A stretch of 64,000 nt of DNA from an uncultured beta proteobacterium (GTDB taxonomy: Bacteria > Pseudomonadota > Gammaproteobacteria > Burkholderiales > Burkholderiaceae_C), in assembly GCA_963738605.1 (NCBI GenBank), contig CAVTXG010000014.1, positions 39,732 through 103,731 of the forward strand, read 5' to 3'. The position numbers were made by a program, and so were the translations under genes. Every line of letters begins with the position of its first letter. The stretch's first letter is position 1. Positions 46,571-60,470 of the stretch are shown here, in pieces. The notes under the pieces are model-generated. The model made no database searches. It was not told where the DNA came from and worked only from the letters and a program-made list of their open reading frames with translations.

Positions 46571-47689
46571 TCAATCGCAGTTCGCGGCGAGCGTCTCGCG
46601 CACGAGCGCTTCCGGCACCGGGCGCAGCGCGGCCTTGCCGATCGATTCGAGGACGACGAAGCGCATCTCGCCGCCTTCGGCCTTCTTGTCCAGGCGCATC
46701 AGATCGAGCCACTGCTGCGCGCCGCCCAGGCGCGGCGCGCGCACGGGCAGGCCTGCGCGGGCGCACAGCGCGCGCAGGCGCTCGACGAGAGCCCAAGGCA
46801 CGAGCTTCAGGCGCGCCGACAAGTCGGCGGCCATCACCATGCCGCAACCGACCGCCTCGCCGTGCAGCCACTGGCCGTAGCCGAGCCCTGCTTCGATGGC
46901 GTGGCCGAAGGTGTGGCCGAAGTTGAGTATCGCGCGCAGATCGGCCTCGCGCTCGTCGGCGGCGACGACCGCAGCCTTGATCTCGCACGAGCGCCGCACC
47001 GCATGCGCGAGCGCAACGGCATCGCACGCGCGCAAGGCGTCGATGTGGTGTTCGATCCAATCGAGCAGCGCGGCGTCGGCAATCGGCCCGTACTTGATGA
47101 CCTCAGCCAAGCCCGCGCTGATCTCGCGCGCGGGCAAGCTGTCGAGCGTGGCCAGGTCGCACACCACCCGACGCGGCTGGTAGAACGCGCCGATCATGTT
47201 CTTGCCGCGCGGGTGGTTGATGGCGGTCTTGCCGCCGACGGACGAATCCACCTGCGCCAGCAGCGTGGTCGGCACCTGCACGAAGGGAACGCCGCGCATG
47301 TAGGCCGCGGCAGCAAAGCCGGTGATGTCACCGACCACGCCGCCACCGAGCGCGAACAGGACCGTCTTGCGGTCGCAGCCTTCGGCCAGCAGGCGGTCGA
47401 AGATCAGGTTCAGCGTCGACCAGTCCTTGTGCGCTTCGCCGTCGGGCAACTCGATGACCAGCACGCGGGCGTAGCGGCCGGCGAGCACGCTGTGCAGCGC
47501 GCCGCCATACAAGTGCGCAACGATCGGGTTGGTGACGATGACGGCGCAGTCGGCGCGCGGCAAACCCTGCCACGCTGTGGCGTCATCGAACAGCCCGTGG
47601 CCGATCACGATGTCGTAGGCGCGATCGCCCAGATCGATCTTGACGCGCGCAGCATCTCGGGCGGCAGCAACGGGCGGCGACGGCGACAT
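46571..47689 (-). CDS. aroB: 3-dehydroquinate synthase
   Basis: ORF 46571..47689, 372 aa. Typical segments: [14 protein letters not shown] and [10 protein letters not shown]. Confidence 0.93.
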   Translation of the reverse strand: MSPSPPVAAARDAARVKIDLGDRAYDIVIGHGLFDDATAWQGLPRADCAVIVTNPIVAHLYGGALHSVLAGRYARVLVIELPDGEAHKDWSTLNLIFDRLLAEGCDRKTVLFALGGGVVGDITGFAAAAYMRGVPFVQVPTTLLAQVDSSVGGKTAINHPRGKNMIGAFYQPRRVVCDLATLDSLPAREISAGLAEVIKYGPIADAALLDWIEHHIDALRACDAVALAHAVRRSCEIKAAVVAADEREADLRAILNFGHTFGHAIEAGLGYGQWLHGEAVGCGMVMAADLSARLKLVPWALVERLRALCARAGLPVRAPRLGGAQQWLDLMRLDKKAEGGEMRFVVLESIGKAALRPVPEALVRETLAANCD

Positions 47690-47699
47690 GCCGCCGAGT

Positions 47700-48260
47700 T
47701 TACGGGTGCTGCGGCGGCGCCTTTCCAGCAGGCGGCGCCAGGCCCGCCAGATCGATCTGCATCAGCACCATGCTCACGAGAGTGTGCACGGAAGGGCGCC
47801 CCGTCTCGATCACGAAGTGCGCGCAGCGCCGGTACAGGGGATCACGTTCCTGGAACAGCGCGCGCAGGCGCTTGAGCGGATCGCTCGCGCCCTGCAACAA
47901 AGGGCGGTGCGTGTCGTGGCGCAAACGACGCGCCAGGTCTTCGGGCGTGCTGCGCAGGTAGAAGACTTTCGTGCGATCGTGCAGCATGAGGCGGTTGGCC
48001 TCGGTCAGCACGGCGCCGCCGCCGGTGGCGATGACGCGAAACTGGGCAGCCGCGGTGGCTTCGTCGATGACCTCGGCCTCGACGGCCCGAAACGTGGCTT
48101 CACCGTGCAGTTCGAAGTAGGCACGGATCGAGCAGCCGATGCGCTGCTCGATCAGCTGATCCGTATCGACAAACGGCACTTCCAGGTGCCGCGCCACATG
48201 GCGTCCGACCGTGGATTTGCCGCTGCCGGGCATGCCGATCAGCGAAAAATGAACGCTCAC
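47700..48260 (-). CDS. aroK: shikimate kinase
   Basis: ORF 47700..48260, 186 aa, P-loop GMPGSGKST. Confidence 0.93.
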   Translation of the reverse strand: MSVHFSLIGMPGSGKSTVGRHVARHLEVPFVDTDQLIEQRIGCSIRAYFELHGEATFRAVEAEVIDEATAAAQFRVIATGGGAVLTEANRLMLHDRTKVFYLRSTPEDLARRLRHDTHRPLLQGASDPLKRLRALFQERDPLYRRCAHFVIETGRPSVHTLVSMVLMQIDLAGLAPPAGKAPPQHP

Positions 48261-48300
48261 ACAAAGAAATCGGCCGCTACATCAACAGCCGCTTCCGTCA

Positions 48301-48735
48301 CTACTGACCAGCCGGCTCGCTGGTGACCTGGAGGACAACCTGGCGTCCCAACGCATCAACGATGTTGATGATCAGCGAATCGAAACAGCCACCCAGCGAG
48401 TAGACATCGAAGCCCGCGGCGGCATCGTTGATTCGGCCGATCGGGTTGCCGGCCGTATCCGTGACCAACAGCGTGCCGGGAGCCGTGTTCTGGATCGTGT
48501 AAGGCGCCGCGCCACCATTGACGAACGCCCGCGTCGCGAAGCTCGCCCCACACGTGGGCGGCGTGCCGTCGGGCAGCGTGGGATCCTGCGGCCACGTCAG
48601 AGTGCTTGAGTCCGGAGTCACGCTGAACGGGTCGAGCGCGCCCTCCTGGTTTTCCCCGCCGCCGCAGGCGGCGACGACAGACGCGCAAACCAGCAGCAGC
48701 AGGTTCTGTTTGATACGGCGAGAAGTCTTCTTCAT
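48301..48735 (-). CDS. small predicted lipoprotein of unknown function
   Basis: ORF 48301..48735, 144 aa. Signal peptide with lipobox VVAAC, then a ~120-aa mature Gly/Thr/Pro-rich domain. Intact, and sits between pilQ and aroK on the same strand. Confidence 0.7.
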   Translation of the reverse strand: MKKTSRRIKQNLLLLVCASVVAACGGGENQEGALDPFSVTPDSSTLTWPQDPTLPDGTPPTCGASFATRAFVNGGAAPYTIQNTAPGTLLVTDTAGNPIGRINDAAAGFDVYSLGGCFDSLIINIVDALGRQVVLQVTSEPAGQ

Positions 48736-48803
48736 GGTGGTGCAGCCCTCAATGCAGCGAGAACGCGAAGTTGCAATGTTCGTTGTTTGACGGGATGCGG
48801 CGC

Positions 48804-51003
48804 CTATCGGACGGCCGCTTTCTCAGTGACGATCTTGGGCGTAAGAAACACAAGCAGTTCAGTACGCTGCGACTCGCTGGTCTTGGTCTTGAACAGGTTT
48901 CCAACCACCGGCACGTCGCCGAGGAACGGCACCTTGGTCACGGTGTCATTGGCTGTCTGGTCGTAGATGCCGCCGATGACGACGGTGCCGCCATTCTCGA
49001 TCAGCACTTGCGTCTTGACTTCCTTGACGTTGATTTCGCGGCCCAGCGCCGTCAGCGCGCCCAGGCTGTCCTTGTTGATCTTCACGTCCATGATGATGTT
49101 GCCCTCGGGCGTGATCTGGGGCGTGACTTCCAGCTTCAGGGTCGCCTCGACGAATTCGATCGCCGTCGCACCCGAGCTGGTGGACTTCTGGAACGGCACC
49201 TTCTGGCCCTGGCTGATGAAGGCCTTGACCTGGTCGGCAGTGACGATGCGCGGACTCGAGACGACTTTGCCCTTGCCGTCGGCCTCGAGCGCCGAGATCT
49301 CGAGATTCAGGAAGCGGTTCGACGAGGCGCCGAAGATCGACAGCGCGAAGCTCGCCGCGTCGTAGCCGCCCTGGCCGATCGCCGGCAGGTTGACGAACTG
49401 CGAGTTGACCAAGGACGCCGCGGCCGTACCGGACTGGCCGGTCTGCGCGACCGATGCCGGCGTAATTGCCGCCGATCGCAGCCCGGTTGTCGCCACTGAG
49501 GCTCCATCCCGGAACGCCGCCGCGCACGCCGCGCAGATCGCTGAAGCCCAACTTCGCTCCGAGCGATTTTCCGAAGGTATCCGTGGCCTCGACGATGCGC
49601 GCCTCGATCAACACCTGACGCACCGGGATGTCGATGCGTGCCACCAGCGACTGGATCTCTTCGAGCTTCGACGGGATGTCGGTGGCGAACAGCTGGTTCG
49701 TGCGCTGGTCGGAGATGACGCTGCCGCGCGGCGACAGAATGCGCGTGTTGGCGTTGCCACCACCGCCACCGGACGTGCCCGTACCGACCAAGCCCTTGGC
49801 CACGTCCTCGGCCTTCGTGTAGTTCAGCTGGAACGACTGCGTCCGCAGCGGCTCGAGCTCGGCCTTCTTCTTGCCCGCTTCGAGGTCGGCCTGTTCCTTG
49901 ATCGCGAGCTCGTCCTTGGGCGCGATCCAGATGACGTTGCCGCTCTTGCGCAGTCCCAGGCCCTTGGCCTGCAGGATGATGTCCAGCGCCTGGTCCCAGG
50001 GCACGTCCTTCAGGCGCAGCGTCAGGCTGCCGGTGACGGTGTCGCTGGTGACGACGTTGAAGTTGGTGAAGTCGGCGATCACCTGGAGCAGCGAGCGCAC
50101 TTCGATGTTCTGGAAGTTCAGGCTGAGCTTCTCGCCCTGGTAGCCCGGGCCTTGCGTCAGCTTGTTCGGATCGACCTTGACCGGGCGCACTTCGACGACG
50201 AACTGCGTGTCGCTCTGGTAGGCGCTGTGCTCCCAGTTGCCGCGCGGCTCGATCACCATGCGCACACGGTCGCCGCTTTGCGTCGTGGTCACGGTCTGCA
50301 CCGGTGTGCCGAAGTCGGTCACGTCCAGACGACGGCGCAGGTTGTCCGGCACGGTCGTGCGCGGGAACTCGACCAGCAGGCCGGTGCCTTGCTGACGGAT
50401 GTCCACACCGACCTGGTTGCTCGGCAGGGTAACGAGCACGCGGCCGGCACCATCGACGCCGCGGCGGAAGTCGATCTCGCGCAGCGACTGCGCATCGCGG
50501 TTCTGGCTCGGCGCGAAAGTCGGGGCGGCGGTTGTCGCCGCGGCCGGTGCCGCACCGGTGGTCGCAGGTGCGGCGGCGGCAGATGCAGCCGGCCCGCTGC
50601 TGTCGACCACGATCAGCAAGGCCTTGCCGTCGAGCTGCGTGCGGTAGGTCGCGGCTTGCTTGAGGTTGAGCACGAGCCGCGTGCGGTCACCCGCTTGCGC
50701 GACGTTGACCGTGCGCAGGTTGCCCTGGTTGATCTCCACCGAAGGCTTGCCCATGCCGTTGGTCACGCCCGGCAGGTCGATCGCGATGCGCGCCGGCTGC
50801 TGAATGGCAAAGCCCGCCGGCACCGCGCTCAGCGGCTCGCTGAACTCGATGCGCACCACATCGGCGCCCGATTGCTGGGTGCTGGTGATCGACTGGATCA
50901 CCCCCTGCGCGAAGGCCATCGGAGCGGCCAACGCCAACGCCAGTGCTCCCCCCCAAACCCGCCACGTCATCGTCATGATGCGTTTCTCCTTGGTATTCCT
51001 CAT
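48804..51003 (-). pseudogene. pilQ: type IV pilus secretin PilQ, one frameshift
   Basis: ORF 48946..51003 carries the signal peptide, the AMIN-like region and the N domains up to ...AIGGNYAGI. The secretin core (ISALEADGKGKVVSSPRIVT...VPFLGDVPVVGNLFK) is in ORF 48804..49496. The switch is at about 49448-49456. Confidence 0.88.
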
Positions 51004-51539
51004 CGCGCCGCCCGTTGTTCAACCAGCTGCAAGCTGCTGTTGCGTTCGATCCATTCGCCGGCTGCGTCCTGCACCACCTCGCGCAGGACCAGTTCGGTCT
51101 CGCCGACGCGCAGGATGCGGCCGTAGTTCTGGCCGAGGTAGTCGCCGACCTTCACGTGGTACAGCAGGTTGTCGACGCGCAGCAGCGCATACGGCCGCCC
51201 CTGCTTGTTGATGCTGCCCACCATCGACATGGTGTCCAGCGGATAGGCTTCGAGCGGCTCCTTGCGGCGCTGCAATTCACTGGCCAGCAGCGAGCTCGGC
51301 GCGCGTTCGTCGCGCTTCAGCGCGACCGCGAGCTTCTGGTTGCTGAACGGATCCACCGCATCGCCGGCGGCATAGGGCCGCGGATCGAACTTCTTCGGCG
51401 GCGCCAGCGGCGCCACGTTCGGCTTGACCTCGCGCTTTTGCTGCCCCATCCATTCGTCGAGCTCCGACAGCTCGGCGCCGCAAGCGGCAAGCACACCGGT
51501 CAGAGCCAGCCCAAGGGCGGTTCGTGCAACAAAGTTCAT
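51000..51539 (-). CDS. pilP: pilus assembly lipoprotein PilP
   Basis: ORF 51000..51539, lipobox LAAC. 4-nt overlaps with both pilO and pilQ. Confidence 0.88.
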   Translation of the reverse strand: MNFVARTALGLALTGVLAACGAELSELDEWMGQQKREVKPNVAPLAPPKKFDPRPYAAGDAVDPFSNQKLAVALKRDERAPSSLLASELQRRKEPLEAYPLDTMSMVGSINKQGRPYALLRVDNLLYHVKVGDYLGQNYGRILRVGETELVLREVVQDAAGEWIERNSSLQLVEQRAAR

Positions 51540-52228
51540 TTCTTCGCCCCCGCCGCAGCCTTCTTCTTCTGCTCGACCTGCGCATTGACTTCGGCCTGAT
51601 CGAGGTAGCGGTAGGTGCGCGCAGTCGCGTCCATCGACAGCAAACCCCCGGCATCCTTGCCAACGCCGCCGAGCGTCAGATCGTGCAGCGTGACGATGCG
51701 CGACAGGTTGGCGACGTTGGCCGCGAAGGCGCCGATGTCGTGGTAGCGACCGGTCACCTTGATGGCAATCGGCAGCTCGGCGTAGTAATCCTTGACCGAC
51801 ACCGAACCGGGCCGGAACAACTCGAACTGCAAGCCGCGGCCGATGCCGGCCTGGTTGATGTCCGACAGCAGCGCGTCCATCTCGGCCTTGCCGGGCAACT
51901 GCTTCTCGAGCTGGGTCACGTACTCCTCGACCTGCAGCTTCTGCTTTCTCAGCTCCGGCAGGTTGACGGCCTGCGTCAGCTTGCTGCGGTAGGTGGTCTT
52001 GAGCCCCGGCTCCTTGCCGCGTTCGGCTTCCAGTTCATCGGACTTGCCCTGCAGCAGCAGCAGCCAGCCGAGCAGCACCACGATCGCAGCGAGCGCGAAC
52101 CATGTGGCCAGCTTGGGCAGGAGCGGCCACTGGCCGGGTTGGCGCGAATCGAGGCCGCGGAACTGTGCGGCGGCTTGCTCGAACACGGTGCTGAGTTCGA
52201 AGCCGGGAGTCTTGGTCTGTGTGGCCAT
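51536..52228 (-). CDS. pilO: pilus assembly protein PilO
   Basis: ORF 51536..52261; Met12 at 52228 avoids overlapping the pilN end. One TM helix, a coiled coil, and the core ELPIAIKVTGRYHDIGAFAANVANL. Confidence 0.85.
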   Translation of the reverse strand: MATQTKTPGFELSTVFEQAAAQFRGLDSRQPGQWPLLPKLATWFALAAIVVLLGWLLLLQGKSDELEAERGKEPGLKTTYRSKLTQAVNLPELRKQKLQVEEYVTQLEKQLPGKAEMDALLSDINQAGIGRGLQFELFRPGSVSVKDYYAELPIAIKVTGRYHDIGAFAANVANLSRIVTLHDLTLGGVGKDAGGLLSMDATARTYRYLDQAEVNAQVEQKKKAAAGAKK

Positions 52229-52241
52229 GGTTGTTTGCGCC

Positions 52242-52868
52242 TCAGGATGCCTTGGCGACACTCGCCGGCGGCTTGGCGCCGGGCGCGCTGGCGGCGTCGG
52301 CCGGCGACTGCGGGCGCTTGATCGACAGGCGCATCGAGAAGTCGAACAGGCGCGCCGCTCGGCCCTGCGCCGTGGTGGCAGGCGCTGCCTTGATCTCGAT
52401 CAGCTCAGGCCGCTCGAGCCAGGCCGAGCTGTAGAGCGTGTTGCGAAGGAACTCCGAGACGCGCTCGTTGGTCTGCGCCACGCCGGTGACGGTGACGCTC
52501 TGGCCGGCCTGCTTGATGGTGACCAGATAGACGCCCTCGGGCGTCTGCTTGACGAGTTCGTTGAGCAGGTGCACCGGCACGTTGCGGTCGGCCTGCAGGT
52601 CTTCCACGGCCTTCTGCCGCGCCTTCAGCGCATCGATCTCGGCACGCAGGTTGGCGATGTCCTTGATCTCGGCGTCGAGCTTCTTGATCTCGGCGCCCAG
52701 ATGCGCATTGCGCTCTTCCTGCTTGGACTTCAGATGGCTGAGCACCGTGAACCACAGTCCCACCGCTATCAGGCCGGCCAGGAAGGCCATGAACAAGCCG
52801 GCGAAGTACGCCCTCTTGCGCGCCGCGCGCTTTTCCTCCCGGTGCGGGAGCAGGTTGATGAGGATCAC
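52242..52868 (-). CDS. pilN: pilus assembly protein PilN
   Basis: ORF 52242..52868, N-terminus MILINLLPHREEKR. Confidence 0.88.
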   Translation of the reverse strand: MILINLLPHREEKRAARKRAYFAGLFMAFLAGLIAVGLWFTVLSHLKSKQEERNAHLGAEIKKLDAEIKDIANLRAEIDALKARQKAVEDLQADRNVPVHLLNELVKQTPEGVYLVTIKQAGQSVTVTGVAQTNERVSEFLRNTLYSSAWLERPELIEIKAAPATTAQGRAARLFDFSMRLSIKRPQSPADAASAPGAKPPASVAKAS

Positions 52869-53989
52869 TGCATGAACCTCCGCATCGCCAGCCCACAGGC
52901 GGTGAGATACGAAGGCGCTTCGCGGCGCACCTTGTTCTCACGCACCGAGCCGCCGAGCTTCATGTGTTCGAAAGGATTGACGACCATCGAGGCAAAGCCC
53001 GTCAGGTCGGTGACTCGCTCCTTGAGCCCGGGCAAGGTCGCCGTGCCACCGGCCAGCATCACGTAGTGCACCTTGTGGTGCGGCGTGCTGGTGAAGAAAT
53101 ACTGCAGCGCGCGGCCGATCTCCTGCGACAGGCTGTCGACGAAGGGCGTCAGGATCGCCGACTCGTAGTCTTCGGGCAACTCGCCGCCGAGCTTCTTGCC
53201 CTCGGCCTCTTCGAAGGAGAAACCGTATTGGCGAGAGATCAGTTGCGTCAACTGCGAGCCGCCGAAGGCCTGGTCGCGGTCGTACAGCAGTTCCTCGTCG
53301 CGCAGCACTTTCAGGCTGGTGGTGTCGGCGCCGATCTCGAACAGCGCCACCAGCGCGTCCTTGCCCTCGTTGGGCAGGGTCTTGACGATACGGCTCATCG
53401 CCAGGCGCGAGGCGTGGCTTTCGATGTCGAGCACCATCGGCTTGAGGCCGGCGGCCTCGGCCAGGCCCTGGCGGTCCTGCACGCGGTCCTTGCGCGACGC
53501 GGCGATCAGCACTTCGACGTCGCCGACCGACGTTGAGCTCGGACCGATGACGCAGAAATCGAGGCTGACCTCGTCGAGCGAGAAAGGGATGTACTGGTTG
53601 GCTTCGCTTTCGACCTGCAGCTCGAGTTCTTCCTCGCGCAGGCCGGCCGGCAGCATGATCTTCTTGGTGATCACCGACGACTGCGGCATCGCCATGGCCA
53701 CGTTCTTGGTGCGCGTGCCGCTCTTGCTGACGACGCGCTTGACCGCTTCGGCGACTTCGTCGAATTTTTCGATCTGGCCGTCGGTGATCCAGCCCTTTTC
53801 GAAGGGTTCGGAAGCAAAACGCTCGACGACGAACTCGCCGGCGGCGCTTTGTCCCAACTCGACCAGCTTCACGCTCGATGTGCTGATGTCCAGCCCGATC
53901 ATCGATGAGTGCGTGCGACCCAACAGCGCGTCCAGGAAGCTCACTACGGTACCCCCCAAAGTGCCGCGCCGAATGTGTTTCAGCGGCAC
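52865..53989 (-). CDS. pilM: pilus assembly ATPase-fold protein PilM
   Basis: ORF 52865..53989. Typical segments: IGLDISTSSVKLVEL and GGGTATLPGL. The true start may instead be GTG 53944, which is preceded by GGGGG. Confidence 0.88.
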   Translation of the reverse strand: MPLKHIRRGTLGGTVVSFLDALLGRTHSSMIGLDISTSSVKLVELGQSAAGEFVVERFASEPFEKGWITDGQIEKFDEVAEAVKRVVSKSGTRTKNVAMAMPQSSVITKKIMLPAGLREEELELQVESEANQYIPFSLDEVSLDFCVIGPSSTSVGDVEVLIAASRKDRVQDRQGLAEAAGLKPMVLDIESHASRLAMSRIVKTLPNEGKDALVALFEIGADTTSLKVLRDEELLYDRDQAFGGSQLTQLISRQYGFSFEEAEGKKLGGELPEDYESAILTPFVDSLSQEIGRALQYFFTSTPHHKVHYVMLAGGTATLPGLKERVTDLTGFASMVVNPFEHMKLGGSVRENKVRREAPSYLTACGLAMRRFMQ

Positions 53990-54313
53990 GCTTGGCTTGT
54001 TAAGAAGTTACTTGAATGCTAGCAGCAAAGCCCTTGTGTGCCCACGAAAAAGGCACGCTTTCCCGCAGGCCCGACGTTGCGTAACTCCGACGTACGAGGC
54101 CTGCTGATGACGGTGCACCTTAATCCATTTGCGATGCTGCGCAGGGGGTGCTTGCACGCCCAGCCGAGCAGCAGTTCACACTCTGCGGCGGCACCACGAT
54201 CGGCGTTTCTATAATCGGTTCACACTCCTCGACGCGGTGTACCGGCGATACCACGGTTGTCTTGACTGAACGATTTTGCCGAACCGAAGCACCCCTCGCC
54301 AACCCCGATTCAC

Positions 54314-56656
54314 GTGAGCCTGTCCGAACGCCTTCCCTCCTGGACGCCTTGGGTGCTGCGACCGCTGGCGTGGCTGTTCGGCATCGTCGCAACCCTGGTG
54401 CTGATGCTCGCGGCGCTGGTGGCCGTGGCGCTGGCAGTGGCCTACCCGAACCTGCCGCCGATCACCAGCCTGACCGACTACCGTCCAAAGCTGCCGCTGC
54501 GCGTGTTCTCGGCCGACAACGTGCTCCTGGGCGAATTCGGCGAGGAGCGGCGCAGCTTCACGCCGATCAAGGACGTGCCCAAGGTGATGCGCGACGCGGT
54601 GCTCGCCATCGAGGACGCGCGCTTCTACGACCACAGCGGCGTCGATCTCGTCGGCATCGCGCGCGCCGCGCTGGCGCAACTGTCCGAGGCGCGCAGCCAG
54701 GGCGCATCGACCATCACGATGCAGGTGGCGCGCAACTTCTACCTGTCGACCGAGCGCACCCTGACGCGCAAGGTCTATGAAGTGCTGCTGACCTGGAAGA
54801 TCGAAAGCCAGCTCAGCAAGGACCAGATCCTCGAGGCCTACATGAACCAGATCTTCCTGGGTCAGCGCGCCTATGGCTTCGCTGCCGCCTCGGAGATCTA
54901 CTTCGGCAAGCCGCTGAAGGAGGTGTCGGTCGCCGAAGCCGCGATGCTCGCTGGCCTGCCGAAGGGGCCGTCGATCTACAACCCGATCGTCAACCCGAAG
55001 CGGGCGACGTCGAGGCAGCAGTACATCATCGACCGCATGCTCGACAACGGCTTCATCACGGCCGAGCAGGCTGCCGCTGCGCGCATCGAGAAGCTGCGCT
55101 ATCGCAGCCAGTCGGAAGTCGCGGTGCACGCCGAGTTCGTCGCCGAAACGGCGCGGCAGCTCGTGTTCGCGCAGTACGGCGAAGAGGCCTATGCACGCGG
55201 CCTCAACGTCTTTCTGTCGGTGGGTTCGGCCGACCAGCTCGTGGCTTACCGCGCGCTCAGGCGCGGCCTGATGGACTACGAACTGCGCCAGATCTATCGC
55301 GGCCCCGAAGCCTTCGTCGATCTGCCGGCCAGCGCTGGCGAGGTCGATACGCGCATTGCCGAAGCGCTGGCAGATCATCCGGACAACGACGACCTCAAGG
55401 CTGCCGTCGTCACGGAGGCGTCGGCGAAGAAGGTGGTGGCCGTGATGCAGAGCGGCGAGGCCGTGACGATCACCGGTGACGGCCTGCGTCCGGTGCAAAG
55501 CGGCCTGGCCGACAAGGCGCCGGCCGCCAAGAAGATTCGTCGCGGCGCGATCGTGCGTGTGCTGCAAAACAACAAGGGCCAGTGGTCGCTTGACGCAGGT
55601 GCCCGAAGTCGAAGGCGCGTTCGTCGCGCTCGATCCGGTGACGGGGTCGATCCGCGACGATGGTCGGCGGCTTCGACTACCGCAAGAGCAAGTTCAACCA
55701 TGTGACGCAGGCCTGGCGCCAGCCGGGTTCGAGTTTCAAGCCCTTCATCTACTCGGCTGCGCTGGAAAAGGGCTTCACCTCGGCCACCGTGGTCAACGAC
55801 GCGCCGCTGTTCTTCGACGCCGCCACCACCGGCAGCCAGCCCTGGGAGCCGAAGAACTACGACGGCACCTTCGACGGCCCGCTGCCGCTCAAGCGCGGCT
55901 TGGCGCGCTCGAAGAACATGATCTCGATCCGCGTGCTCGAAGCGATCGGCCCGCCGTTCGCGCAGCAGTGGGTGACGCGCTTCGGTTTCGAGGCCGACAA
56001 GCACCCGGCCTTCCTGACGATGGCGTTGGGCGCCGGTTCGGTGACGCCGCTGCAGATGGCCAGTGCTTACGGCGTGTTCGCCAACGGCGGCTACCTCGTC
56101 GCGCCGCGCCTGATCGAACGCATCACCGACTACAAGGGCCGCGTGCTGCAGGAGATCGCAGCCGCAGCGCGCCCGACGAGTCGATGCGCATGATCGATGC
56201 GCGCAACGCCTTCGTCATGACCGACCTGCTGCAGGAGGTCACGCGCTCGGGCACCGCCGCCAAGGCGCAGGCGCACGTTGAAGCGCACCGACATCTACGG
56301 CAAGACCGGCACCACCAACGATTCGATGGACGCCTGGTTCGCCGGCTGGCAGCCGAGCCTGGTCGCGGTGGTCTGGATCGGCTACGACACGCCGCGCAAG
56401 CTGGGCGACAGCGAAACCGGCGGCGGCCTGGCGCTGCCGGTGTGGATCGAGTACATGGCCTATGCGCTCAAGGGCGCGCCCGTGGGCAAGGACAGCCAAG
56501 GCGCCCGAAGGCGTGCTGAACATCGGCGGCGAGTGGCTCTACGAGGAGTTCGCCCACGGCGCCGGCGTGACCAGCCTCGGGCTGGAGGACGCGCTGCCGC
56601 CGGCGGCGCCGACCGAGGACGAGAAGAAAAGCATCCTCGACCTGTTCAAGAACTGA
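54314..56656 (+). pseudogene. mrcA: penicillin-binding protein 1A, 5' 1.28 kb intact and 3' half with about 5 frameshifts
   Basis: ORF 54314..55705 carries the glycosyltransferase motifs EDARFYDH and GASTITMQ. The transpeptidase part is split over ORFs 55476.., 55660.. (PGSSFKPFIYSAALE, SKN), 56278.. (KTGTTND) and 56462..56656. The switches are at about 55590, 55655, 56170, 56275 and 56495. Confidence 0.85.
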
Positions 56657-57009
56657 AGCCAGCGTCTTGCCGGCCTGCGCGCTGGCCTCGCGCGACAGCC
56701 GCTCGAAGAACTCGGCGCCGTCCTTGGTGTCGCGCCACGCGCCATCGACATGCTTGAAGTGGATAGCCGCCGCCGCGCGCGGCCAGCCACAGCTCCTGCA
56801 AGCGGCGGCTGGGTGTTGATCGACGATCTTGCTGCCGCTCGGCAAAGACAGTTCGAGCAGGCCGCCGGTGCGCTGCGCGTCGATGTCGATCACGTCGTCC
56901 TGCAGCCAGCGTCGAGCGTGGCTTCGATGCGCGCCAGCACCGGCGAACTCAGGCGGTGGTACTCGGCATCGGTCAGGCGTCGAAGGCGGACATCTAGAAT
57001 CTTCTGCAT
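56646..57009 (-). pseudogene. cyaY: frataxin-like iron donor CyaY, several frameshifts
   Basis: Pieces: LTDAEYHRLSSPVLARIEATLDAG (ORF 56890..57252) and DIDAQRTGGLLELSLPSGSKIV...HFKHVDGAWRDTKDGAEFFERLSREASAQAG (ORF 56468..56893). The central NTQPPL...-type segment and the end lie in other frames, so both ends are approximate. Confidence 0.6.
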
Positions 57010-57141
57010 GCGCAAGAACTTGCTTCGAATCAGTGTAGCGGCGGCCCTTGCGGCCTGGCAGCGCATCGCACTTGTCGGCCTGTGGCCAAAAGGGGCCGCT
57101 GAAGTGCCGCCGGCCGCAGCGGCGCAGCCTCGGCGCCCGCG

Positions 57142-59458
<2,317 letters not shown>

Positions 59459-59462
<4 letters not shown>

Positions 59463-60455
59463 GCGCGCGCTCGCCATGCGCGTGCCGCATCGTGCAGCCA
59501 GCAGGCGGCGCGCGTCGGCGCCGGCGTCGCATCAGGTCGGGCCGCTCGCGCGTGCAGCGGTCGAACACCTGCGGGCAGCGCGGATTGAAGGCGCAGCCCG
59601 GCGGGATCGCGTTCAGCCGCGGCATCGCGCCGTCGATCTGCAGCAGCCGCTCGCGGTCTTCGTCCATCGCCGGGATCGAGCCCATCAGGCCGGCGGTGTA
59701 GGGATGCGCCGGGCGGTGGATGACCTCGTGCACCGGGCCGATCTCGGCGATGCGGCCGGCGTACATCACCGCCACGCGGTCGCAGGTCTCGGCGATCACG
59801 CCCATGTCGTGCGTGACCAGCATCACCGCGGCGCCGTGCTCCTTGCACAGGCGCTTGAGCAGCGAGATGATCTGCGCCTGGATCGACACGTCGAGCGCCG
59901 TGGTCGGCTCGTCGGCGACGATCAGCTTCGGCTCGGCGGCCAGCGCCAGCGCGATCACCACGCGCTGGCGCATGCCGCCGGAGAACTGGTGCGGGTACTG
60001 GTCGATGCGCTGCTCGGCCGCCGGGATGCCGGTTTCCTGCAGCAGCTTGATCGGCGCGCTCGCGCGCTTCGTCCGCGCTCACCGGCAGGTGCGTCTGGAT
60101 CGTCTCGATGAGCTGGCGGCCGACCGTGTACAGCGGGTTCAGCGAGGTCAGCGGGTCCTGGAAGATCGCGCCGATCTGGCGGCCGCGGATCTTGCGCATC
60201 TGCCTCGTACGGCAGGTTGTCGATGCGCTGGCCGTCGAGCAGGATCTCGCCCGCCGGCGATGCGCCCCGGCGGCTCGAGCAGGCCGATGATGGCCGCGCC
60301 GGTGAGCGACTTGCCGGCGCCCGACTCGCCGACCACGCCGAGGATTTCGCCGGGCGCGATGTCGAAACGAGATGTCGTCGAGCGCCAGCAGCGTGCCGCG
60401 GCGCGTCGGGAACTCGACGCGCAGGTTCTTGACTTCGAGCAGTGGCGGCGGTCAT
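59459..60455 (-). pseudogene. peptide ABC transporter ATP-binding protein, D-type, frameshifted
   Basis: Pieces: [19 protein letters not shown] (ORF 60148..60336), [27 protein letters not shown] (ORF 59459..60199) and MRQRVVIALALAAEPKLIVADEPTTALD...GCAFNPRCP (ORF 59395..59973). Confidence 0.8.
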
Positions 60456-60470
60456 GCGGCGCTCATGCGC

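Noticed and set aside
54210-54215. Perfect TATAAT hexamer about 100 nt upstream of mrcA.
   Set aside because: There is no acceptable -35 element at 16-18 nt spacing and no TG extension. A hexamer alone is not enough to call a promoter.
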